Source: Klebsormidium nitens (taxonomy: Eukaryota > Plantae > Klebsormidiophyceae). From it: a stretch of 64,000 nt of DNA. The stretch lies in assembly GCA_000708835.1 (NCBI GenBank), contig DF237333.1, forward strand, positions 26,001-90,000. The letters are read 5' to 3'. Within the stretch, counting starts at the first letter, position 1, and each line of letters begins with the position of its first letter. The notes below the pieces were generated by a model that did not search any database, was not told where the DNA came from, and saw nothing but the letters and a program-made list of their open reading frames with translations. Shown piece by piece: positions 1 through 11,900 of this stretch. The translations under genes were made by a program, and so were the position numbers.

Positions 1-180
1 GATTTGCTTTGCTGCCTCGTTTCAGCACGCAAACCTGGGACGGTCACGTAAGCTCTGTAAAGATCTCGATCAAGTTGTCGAAAACTCTCAACAAGCGCCC
101 GGACCCGAGACTGGACTCTCCAACGCCCTAAGCTAAACCCGAATTTGCATGTGAAGGGGACTTCCGTTTTTCTTCCATAC

Positions 181-514
181 GATGTCTGTTCTCGGCGCTC
201 CTTTCGCGACTTTTAACTGGCTGGTCCACTTGAACATTGAAGTTTTCATTGTTTTCCATTTGGCTGAACAGTTGGCACCAAGATACAGATCGTTAACCAC
301 TTTGTCCCGAATCCTGCAGATATTCTGACCGAGGTTGCCGAGCAACACGCCGGAATGAGAATCGGTGTCCTGGCCAGCGGACCGACAGAGCTTGTCCACA
401 ACGTCGTCTCGCAGTGCCGCCGGAAGAACGGAATCTTTACCGGCGGACAGAACGGGGCGTTCTTCGATCTGCACACCATTAGCTACACTCTTTAGATTAT
501 TGTACTTTGGCCGT
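181..514 (-). other. Possible exon or decayed coding fragment of unknown identity, perhaps part of a gene continuing left of the window
   Basis: Seen: ORF 133-522; candidate acceptor GTGCTTAG|A at 514 and donor ATC|GTATGG at 181. No recognisable domain; upstream frames are interrupted by stops. Confidence 0.2.
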
Positions 515-2482
515 CTAAGCACGCGTGGATTGCACAGATTGTTAATCGATTGAATGTAGACGTTCTTAGATGGAACCAGTAACTTGAGAAGCGAGCTTGA
601 CGAGCCGGAACAAGTCTGTATAAAGCTTCGAGGAAAGGGAGCTACTTTGCAAGGCTCTAGTCCAGTCAGTAGGGCTCATTTCAGGGAATGCAGGGCTAAA
701 ATGAATAGCTAGGCGGGTTGAACAGAAAGGGGCAGGTGTCTCAATAAGGGTTCCACATTAACAGAACGTTGAGACCAACTTTGGTACGAACTGGCCGTAA
801 AATGTTGCTCACTAGATTCTTGAGGATTTTACGGTCAATAAGAAGTCGAACACTCGAGGAGGTAGACGTGAATTGTTGCCCTTGAAGCTGTGGTAATCCG
901 TCCATACCCGCTGGGTGCATATGTGCGTTGTTGAGTCGTCGGATATCGATACATACATCACATTATAAAGCCCGTACCGAGGCATGGGGCTTAATTGAGT
1001 ACATGGGTTCGGGGCCGAGTTCTACCTAACAAGCTAATTGATCTACATGATCTGATCTACCTGCAAGCAAGAGCTTACATGGCATGGTTCCTCCTTATGT
1101 AGGGTTCGTTAAGTATTTCCTTACTGCAGAGTTCTAACTGTGTCTCTCCTAAGCGGCTAGCGTCGTACAGCTAATTTGTTTGACCTATCATGCCTACACT
1201 GCCCATTCTTCCAGGTCCTCCATAATAGTGCTCGTTGAAACTGTAGAATTTGGTGGGGCACTGTGTCGGTGCTTCGGAGGTGTGCTTGCGAGCAGGCGTC
1301 CAACTTGTCGGTTCGGAGCCAATATCCCATTACTCAATTCCTCCGAGGGCATCCCTTAGCACAAGCCGCATGCGGTTTTACCACAGTTGATCGCTGCCAG
1401 GATTTGCAAGCCGCATAGTTCCGTATTCGGAGGGAATTTTCCTTCTTGTTCGATTCATACCCACGTCCATTGCAGCATCAAATCAAATTCGGAGGTTAAA
1501 TTGGTCTACCCGGTTTCTATTGAACCTTTGCAGTTCTTAAAGAGTAATTATTATATAAAGCATGTTTAATTATGCATTGGTATCTGCGTTGATATGTAAC
1601 CCCTTCCGATTTGGAATATGAAGTGGTATCGACATTGATCTTTACAACTCGATGGGTTGGATAAACAGGAATCGAAGGATGGTATAGCGACAGAATATGA
1701 TGAAATTACCCAACTTACCATCCAGATATAGTAAAATTTGTCAATCATGCCCCGACGAGAAATTATGCCTAAGGTTAGCCTGCAGATGTTTCACAAGTAG
1801 TTCTATGGTATCAGGAAATAACTCGCATGTACAGCGATATAAGCAAATAAAGATGTATACATGTGCAGATCAACAATGTTATTGCATATTGACGTGTGAG
1901 GTTAGATTGGCAAATAATAGAAAGTAGCTAATGATGATGGGGGAAAAGACTATGACCAGGTGGATTTGTAAGGTTTTGAATTACTGAGTGAATCAATTCA
2001 AAAATATGGGTGGCAGTAAATGTACAAAGGTATCGTCCAGAATTTACCAACAAATATATCATCCGACCCCGTCGCGGCTTGAACATATCTATCATTCAGT
2101 TTGTATACGAAGATAAGTACAAAACTCGATTTGCTTATGAATGTGCGCGCAAATGATTGATCTCGTCCTTACAGATCTTTCATTATGGTACAAGCCGTAA
2201 GAAAAACCCCGCCTTGCTCTTGTATTCCTCCGTTTGACCCATTCCGCTTGACCAACTTTCGCCTCGTAGAAAACTAGCAACCTAACTGCTCACCTCCTCG
2301 TGCAAATAAGCTCCAACCACCCCACTACTCCTCAACAACCCACCGCCCGTCACACATATCGATTCGACCCTTACCATCCCTCTCGCGCTGTATACCGCCC
2401 CCATACCGCCTTGTACCAATCGATTCTAAAATTCTCCCTTCACCCTTCATTCTAGAGAGCAAAGGCTTAACCCTGGAAATCC

Positions 2483-5400
2483 TTAACCCTCATCCTCTGC
2501 GTCGTAAGAGGGATCCACCGCCCCGACCATGAGCTTCACCAGCCAAATCTCAACCGTCATGTCAATTCCCTTCCGCTTGAACTCCTCAGCCTCCAGCTCG
2601 TAGTATGACGTGCAATCGATCACATCGCCAACCTCCGGACTCTTGTCCAACTTCTCCAAAAAGTGCTGCGCGCGCTGGTCACGTCCGACCTGCAGAGACA
2701 GCGGGGCGCACTTTTCAGTGAATATGTGAACGAAAACTTCTCAAAAAGTGGCTGCTTTAGCGTCTTTTTAGTCAGCGTGACATTGAAGATCATTCCCGGT
2801 TACTCACCACCACCTCGGGGGCTTTATCGAGTCAAATTCAAACAGCGAAGCATCAAAATATATCCCGTCTTGCAGGAACGGTTGGCGAAGAAAGATGTGA
2901 ACCACTTTTTGACTTTTTGAAACCAAGCAAACCAAACAGTGGTTCTCGCAGATTCAGTTCATCCACCAGTGATAGGAAGCTTAAACATTATGTCAAAATG
3001 AAAGCAGAAACAACTTTTCTGCGAATGCAATCAGTGTCTTTGCCCAAAAGGTCACCAACAATCCGCTCCACACACAGTCGCACCTCGCAAAGCTCTTTGA
3101 CAGCACAATTTGCGGGAAGCAACCTCACCTGCGCAAACTGGAAGGCAACTGCCTTAGGTCCATACTGCGGCGCAAGCTGCCTCCTCGCGTTTGCAATGAC
3201 CTGCAAGATCGCATCGCGCGGGCTATCTGACGGCTCCCCGTCTGTGATGGTGATAACTAGAACGGGCTTCGCCAGCTGACCGGACCGCGCCAGATTGAAA
3301 ACCACGGGCTCCAGCACGTGGCTCTGCATGCTGCCGGCGAGAGGAGTCAGGCCCTGGAAGCGGACTTGCTTCACGATGCCCTCAGCTTCCTGGGCATTCC
3401 TGCAAGCAAAAAGAAAGCAGCGGTTGAGGAGTTTGCATATGGAAGGATTGCAGATTTTGTACACAGATGCGCAGTAAGTAGTGCACAGGAATCGTATGCA
3501 AGTACTAAAGGGGCGCTCTGTAGACGAGTCTCACTGCGCTGATCAACATGATTCAGATTGAATGTGTATGCAAACAAGGCAGCAGTACACATAGAGCTGC
3601 AGAAGGGATCTTCGTCGCTCCAGCTTTGTGAATGCATTCCCAAAAGAGAGTCTCGAAAGTTATTTTACATAGACGTTGGGAGGGAAACAGACAAAGACCA
3701 AAGAGGCTCTGGAGCCAGGGAATCAGTTGCATTGTGAATTATTTGTAGAACCAAGACTGCTCGCTTCACCTGATGCCATTACCCTGGACGTTGGAGTTGA
3801 GGAAACGAATCAGGATGCCGTCTTGGTCGAACATGGTGGCCACTTCGGCAACTTTGCTGAGTACCAGCTTCAAGTCCTCAATGCGCTCGCCCTGCTCCTC
3901 AAAGGACATCGAAGAAGAGTCGTCTGCCAGGATGACGATATCGTAGAGCCCAAGGCAGGCCAGGTCGATGGCCAGCTCCTTAGGCATGCCCCACCTGCAG
4001 ATCAAAAAGAATATATGTTAAGAGTCTTGGTTAATATCAACCTTGGCAAACAGTAGAACATTCTGATCTGAAGAAACACTTGTGACAAAGCATGATGACT
4101 CCCAAAATCGACCTGAGATCAAGAGGTAACAAGTCGAAAGACACAAAGATGGAATATAAAGAGTAATAACAGAAAGCTGCCATATCGTGGTACAATGTTG
4201 AATCAAGTCGTTCAGATCCTCCAGTTGAACAAGCTCATGATCAGAAAACATATGGAACTTCGTTACTGCATGCAAACCAACTTTAGCATTCTGAACGCCT
4301 TGTTTGATAAGTTCGATTGGCAAGTTAAATCACTGAACAAACAACCATACAATGCAGACACCCCTCCATTTCCACTCTACCTGCAACCAACTTGCAAAAT
4401 GGTATATACATCAAAAGATGATACATGTATTACAACATGGACAAAAGACATGTAACTTTACCTAGCAGCCAGCGCATTGAAGTCCACCGTCTGCTCAATC
4501 CTTTGGGCAAGTGTTTGCAGCTGCTGAGGCTGGTAGAAGCGATGAAGCTGGTTGACCTGAACTATGCTCTGCAACTTGGCCAGAATGCCCTGGTTTTGGC
4601 CCTGGTTTTGGCCCTGAGCTTGGCCTGCATGCAAACGACAGAGCTTTAGGTTTATAAGGCGCGCTCAACTCTGGTAAAGAGCAATTGGTAAACAAAACGT
4701 AACACTCATGTTTCCTCCGGATCTCATCAAATTGCCTGCTCTTTATGCTTGTTACACCACTTCACACACGAGCAAGATCATCTGCCAAACATAAAGATGA
4801 TCAAGGGTGGTGGCTTTTTGACGACGCGAGCCAATGTGAAATGGTGGGAGAAGAACTGCATGCAGCGGAAAATGCAAACTGAATGCTTATTTCGAGGGGT
4901 AAACCGTTACAGGCAGGTAAGCTGACTACATTTAGACATCCATCAGAAAAAGATCAATTCGTAAAATATAGCCTTCAGTAGCAAACTTTTGAACAAAACC
5001 ACAATCAAGACCCGGTTTTAATGCAGCAAGTAAGAAGATTGCTGAGAACTCGTTTCAGAATCTTCTTGGATGACTCGAAATGGAACACTCGCAAATTCGA
5101 GCTCGATCGTGGAAGAGCTAGGCCAGAACCAATGTAGCTAACCTTGCAACTGAGGTACACCCATCTGGTTCTGGCCTTGACCTTGATTGTAAGCATGAGA
5201 GTACTGCTGCGGCTGACCGAACTGATTGTAACCCTGGGAGCCGTACTGTGGCGGCTGACCGTACTGCTGCAGGAACTGGCCTTGAGTCTGGTTATAGCCT
5301 TGAAAGTACGGTGGCGGCTGGCCATGCTGCTGCAAGAATTGAGCAGCCTGAGAGCCTCCATAACCCCCATACTTACCCTGCTGCCCATACTGGCCACCCT

Positions 5401-5860
5401 GTTGGCCGAACTGGCCCCCCTGCTGTCCCCCCTGCTGACCAAACTGGCCGCCCTGCTGGTTCCCCTGCTGTCCAAACTGACCATTCTGCTGTCCAAACTG
5501 GTTTCCCTGCTGACCGAACTGGCCGCCTTGCTGACCGAATTGGCCGCCTTGCTGACCAGACTGGCCGCCTTGCTGTCCAAACTGGCTACCCTGTTGTCCA
5601 AACTGGCCTCCTGGCTGTCCGTAACCACTCTGGTTTCCTTGCATGTTGGCACCCTGCATGCCTCCATGCTGCCCGGGCTGAGCACCATAGCCGGGAGCAG
5701 GATACGCTTGGGTCGGCCCCCCCGAGCTGGGTGGAGCACCGTATTGCTGCTGCTGCTGAGGGGCGGCCGGAGGCGCAGATGGAGTGAAGCCCCCCGGAGC
5801 GCCAGGTGGCGCCCCGGCAGGCCCCCCAGCAGGCTTCTGCAATTTGCTGGCAAGTCCCAT
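2483..5860 (-). CDS. von Willebrand factor A (vWA) domain protein with N-terminal Gly/Gln/Pro-rich low-complexity region
   Basis: Seen: exons 5860-5143, 4624-4462, 3994-3770, 3399-3129, 2689-2483, all GT-AG and phase-consistent (the exon-1 donor could alternatively be ~18 nt earlier, same phase). MIDAS DxSxS motif (ILADDSSSM), later ITITDGEP, C-terminus ...VKLMVGAVDPSYDAEDEG*. Family assignment from these motifs. Confidence 0.85.
5375..5620 (-). repeat. Coding tandem repeat, ~21-bp unit encoding GQQGGQF, about 10-11 degenerate copies
   Basis: Seen directly in ORF 5138-5860 (GQPGGQF GQQGSQF GQQGGQS GQQGGQF ...). Confidence 0.9.
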
Positions 5861-7481
5861 CGGAGAAGTCTGAAGCTGGTCTGAAATGCAAAGCCTCTCT
5901 CTTTAGTGGTGCACGCGACAATCGCTTGTGATGAACGGTTGGTTGGTAGTAGAAAATCAAGGACAGTTGCTGGCGCAACAACTTAGTTGTAAGCTCCTTG
6001 TTTGCTGAAGCAAGAAACTTTGAAAGCTGGAATTTTGGTTTACGAAATGGTCTCGAAGATGGAGGACCTTCCTACTTTATGGCCAACGAATTTTGTTCAA
6101 TGCATTGTGATCGAGACTCAAGAGTCGATATCTTCCTGCCCAGTGCCCCAGAGCTACCCAATTTAGGCTCTTCAGAGACTGAAATCAGTTGTAGAGCATT
6201 CACGAGTCTAAGGCAGTATCTACTGGGCTTCTTGGAAGGCGCCCTTAGAGGTGTGACCTAAGGCTTCGCCCCGTCGGAAAGCGGCGAATCCCAGCTCGCC
6301 CAATCACCGGCTTCCAGACGCCTACGTGGAAGCTTCTCGGGCCTTCGCAGTGCGAACGAGATTCACGCCAGCTGGGGGACAGCACCCGCCACGTGTCTGA
6401 GTTTCACGCTGTTTCGACTTCGAAGTGGCAGATGTTCACAGACCGAATCTTTGAATCTTGCATGGTGGCACACACCGAATCGTAGTCTACCAATAGCGTG
6501 CGACATGCAAGGGATTAAAGCGTCAGACTCGTGCAAAGATCTGAACCTACCGGGGCCGCGGCCCGGGCGGCGCCGGGCCTGGGGTATCCCGATACGCTAT
6601 GATCCTAGTCGTTCTAACGTACCGGTACGGTTCCTGTCGATCGACACTACCGGTCACGCATGAGTTAAATACGATCTGTACATCCGCTTGTTCGGAAATT
6701 GTCATTTCAATACAACGGATGTAGCAAGTTCGCGAAGTGCAAAATGCAGGCTGATTAAAAGATACCTACGTTTGCGGCAACTGACACTTCGTGTCAATAG
6801 AAACACGTCATTTCACAAATGAAGAATCGAGATGGCCCAACAATATAGCCCAAACTTACGCGCGGCGGCATGAATCACAACCTCGATGGCCAAGCTGACT
6901 GAAAAGTACCAGTATCATGGCTGGTGCGCCAATATGCAGATGCGGAGGAGGATTCTTTCTCTTTCGCCGCCGACCTTAAAAGACTTTCCTTATATGTACA
7001 AGAGCATGTTTGTCTTGGCTCGCATTTCCAAATCTCATCATGTCGGTAAGCTGTTGATATCTATCCAGCAACCGAACTCGATGTCTATCTTGGAAGTGAG
7101 AAAGTCCCTAGCTTGACTCGACTTCCACAATTCGCACGCCTGAACTCCTTATGCTACTTGCGTTTTATGCAAGCGTTTGTACCCGATCAACCTTCCCTAC
7201 GATACACATCTCCTTCAACGTATTCCTCCATCCAATCAAGGGTTTGAACGTCGAACGCACCATTCTATTCACATCCATAGCCGTCCTTCACATACTGGAT
7301 AGCGCAGCCACTTCGAAATTGCAGGTTACAGGCCTACACATAGGCTAGGAGATTCTTTTCCTTGACCACACTGATCAGTGCAACCAGCCAAACCTTAACC
7401 TACTTTTGACCATCCTCCAATCAAGGCTTAAGCCAGGAAACATATCTACATACAGAGTGGCTTCTATGAGCCGACTTCTTA

Positions 7482-8941
7482 TTACACATTCTGCACGGCG
7501 ACGCTCTCCTCGCGGAGCTTTTGCAGTAACAGCAGTGCGGCACTCTGCTTGGCGCGCTTCAGCGATGGCAGCACTTCCCCAGCGGCACATGCCACGGTCT
7601 GCTCCTCGAAGATGACACGCGCCTCGTAGCCGTACCTGGCAGAGAGTGACGTAAGCGGTGCGTCAGCCAAAACATCCTTGAGAGGCCATGTGCTTGGCCG
7701 CAAAGACTGGAGCGGTTCGAAAGTCAAATGCATCTATACTAAGATACGGACCTCGCATGTGAAGAAGACAATTTCCAGCATCAAACTAGCTTATGGTACC
7801 AATTCGCCGACAAGTGCGGTTCAGCAAAAGATTTATTCATCGAAAAGGTCAACATCAGAAAGGTTAGGAGACTTCGGACAACTTGCTCAGGGTTTCGAAG
7901 CTGAAAGAGTAAGCCGTATCATCAGCTATGAGGCCCATCCGGGGGTTCGCAATCTCCTTCACATAAGCTTTACAAAGGGCGGGCAAGTGGATATTGCTCG
8001 ACTTACCTGAACGACGGCGCGGCCCCCTCCTTGACGACCTCGAAGTAGCGCGGCCGCGGCCAGCCGCGCTTGATGCACTCCTCGCGCAGCTTGAGCCGGA
8101 TCGCGCCGCGCCGCCGCTTGCGCTCCTCGGGGCTCAGGTCCGGGAGCGCGCGGCCCTCGCGCACTTCGGCTTCCTCCACCGATTGCAAATAGTCCAGGGC
8201 CTGCGGAACAGACGGAGACATACTTTCAGAAAGTGACGGTTGTTGGACGTATGATGGACGAAGGACTTGTCAACTTCGTCCTTCGTGTTGTCTGACGTCC
8301 TGTGAGCGACTTATGAGTGGACGAAGAGTCCACTCCGTTGGCTTCTTTTGAGTTGAAGTGAGAAGAACGTTATCCGGCATTTCGATCAGGAACGTCACGC
8401 TGTTCCGTCTCCCAAAAGCCCGCGGTATCCCTTACGTCTGAGACCAATGTCGCTGTTGTTGCCGGATGCACTGATCAACGGTGTGGCACTAATCAGAAAC
8501 TGAGAAATTGTAAGTGTCTGTTTGCCACCGCATCTCTCTTTTTGTTGACGTCCTCATGAAAAAGGCTTCCCTTTTCAGCGTCCAACAAACTGACCTCTTT
8601 GCAACCAATCGAACAAGTCAAAGCAGAGTACATCTTTACCGGCAAGACAGTTCTCGGTGTCGGTTTTTTCCTCTTCTCAGCCTCGCCTCAACCCCCCAAA
8701 AGAATCAGACCCCACCTACCTCTTTGGCGGCGACCTTGCGCGCGGCGTCGACGCGCATTCCGGTTCCGCTGGCGACCCGCTCTCCGTCCAGCGAGATGTC
8801 CACCCGGAACATGGTGCCCACTTTGGCGCTCGCGTAATCGATGTCCAGGCTGCGCCGCTGCGCGCGCTCCTGGAGCTCGCGCACAGGGTGCACGCGCAGC
8901 GTCTCCGGGGTCACGATCGGCTGCATCAGCCGGCGGAAGAC
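7482..8941 (-). CDS. DCL1: Dicer: two C-terminal dsRNA-binding domains (3 exons)
   Basis: Seen: HPVRELQERAQRRSLDIDY...VAAKE; KLREECIKRGWPRPRY...AKQSAALLLLQKL*. Confidence 0.88.
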
Positions 8942-11900
8942 CTGCCGGGGACGAGGAGGTGACGTCAGGAGCGGGGAAGAGTGACGTCAAAAGAGACGTG
9001 CTGATCAATAGCATCCGAATTTTGCATGTTCACTTGGATAGAGTTCGTAAGCTTCGCGCGAGGCGGCTCCTGCGCTGTGCGGGAATGACTTTGAGCCGAA
9101 AGGCTTCCAAAATTTGAGTAGACGCGAAAGGTTCGTGCTCATCCCATCAGAAAACGTTTGGTGGCTCCGCAAACTCTTTGCGGCAGAGGACGCCACTGAG
9201 AACTGCGGCGGCCGCTGTACAAACGCTCTATCTATTGGTGCTCAAAACTGGTTATAATTCAGTTGGTGTCAACCTCTTGAAGCACAGAACCAAAGCGTCA
9301 GCAGACCAGGCTGGTGGGCACTATCAAAAGCTCCGTGGAAGCAGCCTCACCTTCCAGACTTGGTCATGGTCGAGCTCCGAATCGAGGAGAACGGCGGCAG
9401 CCACGGACTCGACAAGGTCACCCAAAACCTGCAAGAATGGGCAGATCGTTCAGCTTTGATGCAGACGCGGTTGACGGGATCTTTACGGGAAAAGAGGACC
9501 TTGCTGAAGGATGGCCAGTCACCAAGCAATTGACGAGAACCGTGTGCCCTTTGAAGTCCACACAATCGGAGTGAGCCACGCTCAATTGAAGCGTTTCGGC
9601 TGTCATCTGCGCCGTCAATTATCCGGAATCTCACGAGCCAAGTGCCCCGAACTTTCTCACGATCGTTGGGTTTTCTTAGCTACATCCTTTCCAAGGCTGC
9701 GGCCAACAAAGTAAGGATTGGATCAACAAGGGACTAGGGAATCTTGTGTTTCGCAACAAAACAAAAGATTCAATCTGGAAGCACATCAGCTCCCGGCGAA
9801 CCTTTAGTATCACAATCTATCAACGCGGCCCCCAACAACTAGCAACGCGCGCGGCGCGCCCGCGCGCCCACCTTGGGCGCGTGCACGATGGCGATGCCGA
9901 AGGCGGCGCTGCCGAGGTCGGGGTCGCGCTCCGCGGCCGCGACACGCGCGAACTCGGTGACGTGGCGCAGCAGGTCGGAGGAGCCGTGACGTAAGTGGTG
10001 CTGGAAGCCGAAGCGCAGGCACAGCCGTGCAAAGCGCTCGTTGTTCACGGCCGCCTGCCGCAGGTACGTCAGCACGCCGGGGCTGATGTCTGCGGGTGAC
10101 GTCAGGCAAGAGGTTTCTTTCTGCGGCAAGACTTTTCGCGAAAAGACTTTGACTGACGGGCCGGGGTAAGTATGTTTCATTGCGCGCAGGGAAACTTGGT
10201 CTCCAGTAGCCGGAAGTGGCGTGGAGCCAGAGCCGTCATCAAACGACGGAAAGGTTATCCAGCTAACAACCGGCAAACATGTTTATTCTGGACGCATTGT
10301 GGGAGTCATTGTCAAGTTTCATGGAGGCAGATTGCACGTCGGTAGGAAGAAGAGACTGAATACAGTCACGTTGCAGGGCGCAATCGGCCTTCCAAAAGAT
10401 AGAAAGGGCCGCCCGAAAGAGTTAGGCCCGTAACGTTCTCAGGCCTTACCCTTGTGCTCGTCGAAGAAGTGGCGCGTGATGATCCAGTCGATGAGGGCGT
10501 CGCCCAGGAACTCGAGGCGCTGGTAGCACGCCACGTGGCTGCTCTCCATGTACGACGGGTGGGTCATCGCCTCCAGCAGCAGCGACATGCGCTTGAACCT
10601 GAGAGGGACGAGCGCACTGCTCTCTTACACCATTCCACAGAAGCACTTTCAAATGTTGGTTGCCAGCACGAAGAAAGTGGTTGTAGTGGTTGCGCGGCAT
10701 GAGATAGGATATGTCCTCATCTCCTCACAGCAAAGTATTTGCAGCTGTTGGCCAGAGCGTCGTTCGTCGAACTCTGCGCCAAAGTCTGTCGTTACTATTA
10801 GACCGGCAACTGTGAGAAACATAAGAACGCTTTTCGATCCTCCTATTGTGGTTTCTGAATGCTCACGAAGCGTCGCTCCTTCGCCGTCCGTCCAACTGCA
10901 ACCACGCACCAAGAGTCGCAACACAGACACCTGGTAACAGGACCAACAAAACCTAAGTATTGTTTAACTGCCCACCTGTATCCGATGGTCTCCTCTAGGT
11001 TTTCCAGCCCCGCGCGGCGCGCCTCGACCGCCGTCGCCTCCGGCGGCGCGCGCGCGCGCACGTCCAGCAGCCCCTGGTAGGGCGGGCTCTCGGTGATATT
11101 CCCCGGGGGAAGGTCCACCGGAATCCCCATGTAGCGCATGAAGTCCTCCGCGGCCGCGGGACCGCCCTCCACGTGGTGCACTCCGATCAGGGCTTCCACC
11201 ATGTCCGCCAGAAGTTTCCGGCCGAGCACCTGCGGCGNNNNNNNNNNNNNNNNNNNNNNNNNNNNNNNNNNNNNNNNNNNNNNNNNNNNNNNNNNNNNNN
11301 NNNNNNNNNNNNNNNNNNNNNNNNNNNNNNNNNNNNNNNNNNNNNNNNNNNNNNNNNNNNNNNNNNNNNNNNNNNNNNNNNNNNNNNNNNNNNNNNNNNN
11401 NNNNNNNNNNNNNNNNNNNNNNNNNNNNNNNNNNNNNNNNNNNNNNNNNNNNNNNNNNNNNNNNNNNNNNNNNNNNNNNNNNNNNNNNNNNNNNNNNNNN
11501 NNNNNNNNNNNNNNNNNNNNNNNNNNNNNNNNNNNNNNNNNNNNNNNNNNNNNNNNNNNNNNNNNNNNNNNNNNNNNNNNNNNNNNNNNNNNNNNNNNNN
11601 NNNNNNNNNNNNNNNNNNNNNNNNNNNNNNNNNNNNNNNNNNNNNNNNNNNNNNNNNNNNNNNNNNNNNNNNNNNNNNNNNNNNNNNNNNNNNNNNNNNN
11701 NNNNNNNNNNNNNNNNNNNNNNNNNNNNNNNNNNNNNNNNNNNNNNNNNNNNNNNNNNNNNNNNNNNNNNNNNNNNNNNNNNNNNNNNNNNNNNNNNNNN
11801 NNNNNNNNNNNNNNNNNNNNNNNNNNNNNNNNNNNNNNNNNNNNNNNNNNNNNNNNNNNNNNNNNNNNNNNNNNNNNNNNNNNNNNNNNNNNNNNNNNNN

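Noticed and set aside
1806-1816. TGGTATCAGGA resembling a tRNA-iMet primer-binding site
   Set aside because: Only a partial match, with no adjacent LTR end and no gag/pol sequence downstream.
5144-5884. Long Leu-rich plus-strand ORF (246 aa) and other overlapping ORFs
   Set aside because: Antisense or alternative-frame shadows of the Gln/Gly repeat exon.
6540-6670. Cluster of short palindromes (also 48540-48710) and an ACGTGTC ABRE-like motif near 6390
   Set aside because: Short motifs expected by chance; no extended structure or second copy seen.
8256-8337. Two 8-bp stem-loops in a Dicer intron
   Set aside because: Too short to distinguish from background.
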